A DNA stretch of 38,205 nucleotides, from assembly GCA_027311385.1 (NCBI GenBank), contig DAICZA010000002.1:21327-59531 (forward strand), given 5' to 3'. The DNA comes from a bacterium (lineage in GTDB: Bacteria > Patescibacteriota > Minisyncoccia > Phycocordibacterales > Phycocordibacteraceae). The notes below the pieces were generated by a model. It was not told the DNA's origin, did not search any database, and saw nothing but the letters and a program-made list of their open reading frames with translations. Below are positions 35,748 through 38,205 of the stretch, piece by piece. A program made the translations under genes and the position numbers. Each line of letters starts with the position of its first letter. Position 1 is the stretch's first letter.

Positions 35748-38117
35748 ATGACGGGACTTTCATCGGCGGAAGCCGCACGGCGGCTCGCACAGTACGGCCC
35801 GAATGAAATAAGCGAAAAGAAAGTAGGCGAGTTCACCAAGCTCGTCCGGGCGCTCGTGTCGCCCGCGTCGCTGATGCTCGTTGCGGCATCGGCGCTTTCG
35901 TTCTATATCGGCCGTCAGTTTGACGGTTCGTTCATCCTCGCCCTGCTCCTTCTCAATATCGGTATGGCGCTCTGGCACGGGCACAAAGCCGACAGTGCGC
36001 TGGAAGAGCTCCGCTCCCAGCTCTCGGTGCAGGCGAAAGTGATGCGCGACGGCGCCTGGAAGAGTGTGCCGTCGCGGGAGCTCGTCGTGGGAGACGAAAT
36101 CGCCTGCGGCGTCGGCATCCTTGTGCCCGCCGACACGCGCGTAGAGACGGCGGTGAATTTGGAAATCAACGAGGCGGTCTTGACCGGCGAGTCATTGCCG
36201 AAGGAGAAGAAAGCGGGAGATACGGCCTACTCCGGCTCAGTCGTCGCGACCGGCAATTTCACCGGCACCGTGACGGCAATCGGCAACGACGCATTCTTCG
36301 GCAAAATCGCCGCTTCGGCCAAGGAAGGGAAGCGCGCATCGCTTATGGAGCGCGACATTCTCTCCATTTCGCGCTACCTCATCATTGCGAGCATCATCGC
36401 CATCATCATCCTGACCATCGTCTTCCTCGTTGACGGCCAGCCGCTCGCCGACATCCTCATTCTGGACCTCTCGCTTCTCATCGCCGGCATCCCGGTATCG
36501 CTGCCAACCGTGATGACGCTTATTATTTCCATCGGCGCGCTCGCGGTCGCAAGCAAGAAGGCGCTCGTGCGACGGCTGGAAGCGCTTGAGGACTTCGCGA
36601 ACGTCACCCTGCTACTCACCGATAAGACCGGCACGCTCACCGAGAATAAGATTTCGGTTGAACGCATCCACGCGTACGCCCCGTTCTCCGCGGGCGACGT
36701 GCTCGCGTACGCGGGCGCGGCGGCATCCGCTGATACTGACAGCGCGATTGACCGTGCGATCGCCGACCGTGCGGGAGACGCTCGCCTGGCGTACCGCATT
36801 GTGCAGTCGGTCCCGGGCGATTCGGTGCGCAAACGCAGTACCTCGCTTCTGGAGCGTGACGGCGTACCGTACCTGGTTGCGCTCGGCTCGCCGCCGGCTG
36901 TTATGCCGTTGTGTACCTCCAGCGCCGATATCGCCGATGCCGTCCGCCGGGACATTGAGGATGCCGCGAAGGACGGTTCTCGCGCCATCGCCATCGCGCT
37001 CAAAAAAGCCCCGGGCGGCATTGATGACGAGAAGGGGATGACCTTTATCGGCGTCCTCGTTCTTGCCGACCCCTTGCGCACTGATGCGAAGGAGACGCTC
37101 GCGTTCCTCAAGCAAGAGGGCGTGGATGCGATTATGGTGACCGGCGACACGAAAGAGACCGCGACGCACGTCGCGGCAATTCTCGGAATCCAGGGCGCGG
37201 TCATTAGTCCCAAGGATACCGACTTCACACAGCTTCCCGCCGACGTGTTTGCGACGACGGCCGCTTTCGCCGAAGTGATGCCGGAGGATAAACTCGCGCT
37301 TGTGACGCGCGCGCAGGGTTCGTACATCGTCGCCGCGACCGGCGACGGCGTGAACGACTTGCCGGCGGTCCACAAGGCCGATGTCGGCATCGCAGTTGCG
37401 AACGCGGTGGATGCCTTGAAGGGAACCGCCGACCTCGTTCTCTTGGCTCCGGGCATTGACGTGTTGCAGACTGCGCTCGTGGAAGCGCGGAAGATATTCT
37501 TCCGCCTGTACAATTATTCCGTCTACCGCATCTCCGAGAGTTTCCGGCTCATCGTGACGGCGCTCGTGCTCGGCATCATCATCAAGGGATTCCCGCTCAC
37601 GCCGGTGGAGATTATTTTGCTTGCGTTCTTGAACGACATTCCCATCATTACGCTCGCCTTTGACCGCGTGAAGCGCGCCGACCGTCCCGCCGACCTCGCG
37701 CCGCGGGAACGCTTCATGCTCGGCACGACCTTCGGTATGGTCGGTGTCGCCAACAGTCTCTGTCTGTATTTCCTGCTTGCCGATGTCATTCATTTGCCGC
37801 TTGCGGCGGTCCAGACGGCGTTCTTCCTGAAGCTCACCGTCTCGGGGCATATGCTCATCTACGTTGCGCACACCCGCGAGCGGTGGTGGCGCTTTCTGCC
37901 GGCGAAGAGCGTCATCCTCGCGACGACGGTCACGCAAGCTATTGCGACCGGACTCGCGGTCGCCGGCGTGTTTGTGGCGCCCATCTCGCCGTTCCTCGCG
38001 CTCTTCGTGTGGATTTGGACGGCTTTCTGGATGCAGGTGAGCGAGGCGGCGAAGAGTCTGCCGTTCATAACCACCGGCGCAACCGTGCGCCCCGCGCGCA
38101 TCCCCGCGGCGGCGTAG
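35748..38117 (+). CDS. P-type ATPase, plasma-membrane H+-efflux (P3A) type
   Basis: GPNEI, LTGES, GIPVSLP, DKTGTLT, TGD, GDGVND, LNDIP. Confidence 0.9.
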   Translation: MTGLSSAEAARRLAQYGPNEISEKKVGEFTKLVRALVSPASLMLVAASALSFYIGRQFDGSFILALLLLNIGMALWHGHKADSALEELRSQLSVQAKVMRDGAWKSVPSRELVVGDEIACGVGILVPADTRVETAVNLEINEAVLTGESLPKEKKAGDTAYSGSVVATGNFTGTVTAIGNDAFFGKIAASAKEGKRASLMERDILSISRYLIIASIIAIIILTIVFLVDGQPLADILILDLSLLIAGIPVSLPTVMTLIISIGALAVASKKALVRRLEALEDFANVTLLLTDKTGTLTENKISVERIHAYAPFSAGDVLAYAGAAASADTDSAIDRAIADRAGDARLAYRIVQSVPGDSVRKRSTSLLERDGVPYLVALGSPPAVMPLCTSSADIADAVRRDIEDAAKDGSRAIAIALKKAPGGIDDEKGMTFIGVLVLADPLRTDAKETLAFLKQEGVDAIMVTGDTKETATHVAAILGIQGAVISPKDTDFTQLPADVFATTAAFAEVMPEDKLALVTRAQGSYIVAATGDGVNDLPAVHKADVGIAVANAVDALKGTADLVLLAPGIDVLQTALVEARKIFFRLYNYSVYRISESFRLIVTALVLGIIIKGFPLTPVEIILLAFLNDIPIITLAFDRVKRADRPADLAPRERFMLGTTFGMVGVANSLCLYFLLADVIHLPLAAVQTAFFLKLTVSGHMLIYVAHTRERWWRFLPAKSVILATTVTQAIATGLAVAGVFVAPISPFLALFVWIWTAFWMQVSEAAKSLPFITTGATVRPARIPAAA

Positions 38118-38205
38118 CCGTATGAAAAACGCGGCTCGCCTCTGGCGAGCCGGTGGCCTACGTCATCGGTTGGCAACCGTTCCTCGGACTACGCATACAC
38201 CTCGA

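Noticed and set aside
38122-38205. ATG-initiated frame running off the window end
   Set aside because: Too short to evaluate and overlaps a GC hairpin (cggctcgcc/ggcgagccg) that may be a terminator

Overview
A GC-rich bacterial chromosome segment in standard code (TGA is used as a stop). It is most consistent with a Patescibacteria/CPR (Parcubacteria-like) genome; this is an inference from rpmD being absent between rpsE and rplO, K/A/P-rich r-protein extensions and scarce Shine-Dalgarno sites. It carries fusA-tuf and the S10/spc ribosomal protein cluster through secY-adk-map. After that come ndk, a beta-CASP nuclease, a three-gene HigBA-like module, infC-rpmI-rplT, and an accessory block (PLD nuclease, FMN reductase, DedA, ECF sigma plus partner, VKOR, Nth, MutY, MFS, P-type H+-ATPase). 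Main finding: the ribosomal operon is repeatedly interrupted by small cargo cassettes. At three essential genes (fusA, rpsJ, rplB) the last 10-20 codons occur twice, once in the gene and once downstream of the insert, and differ only by synonymous changes. A family of CCCC..ACCAC/GTGGT..GGGG hairpin repeats is associated with these junctions, and no integrase is present in the window. Also seen: a candidate Leu-sensing attenuator, two candidate ncRNAs sharing a 5' motif, and many apparently leaderless genes. All product calls come from motif recognition by eye; no database searches were run.
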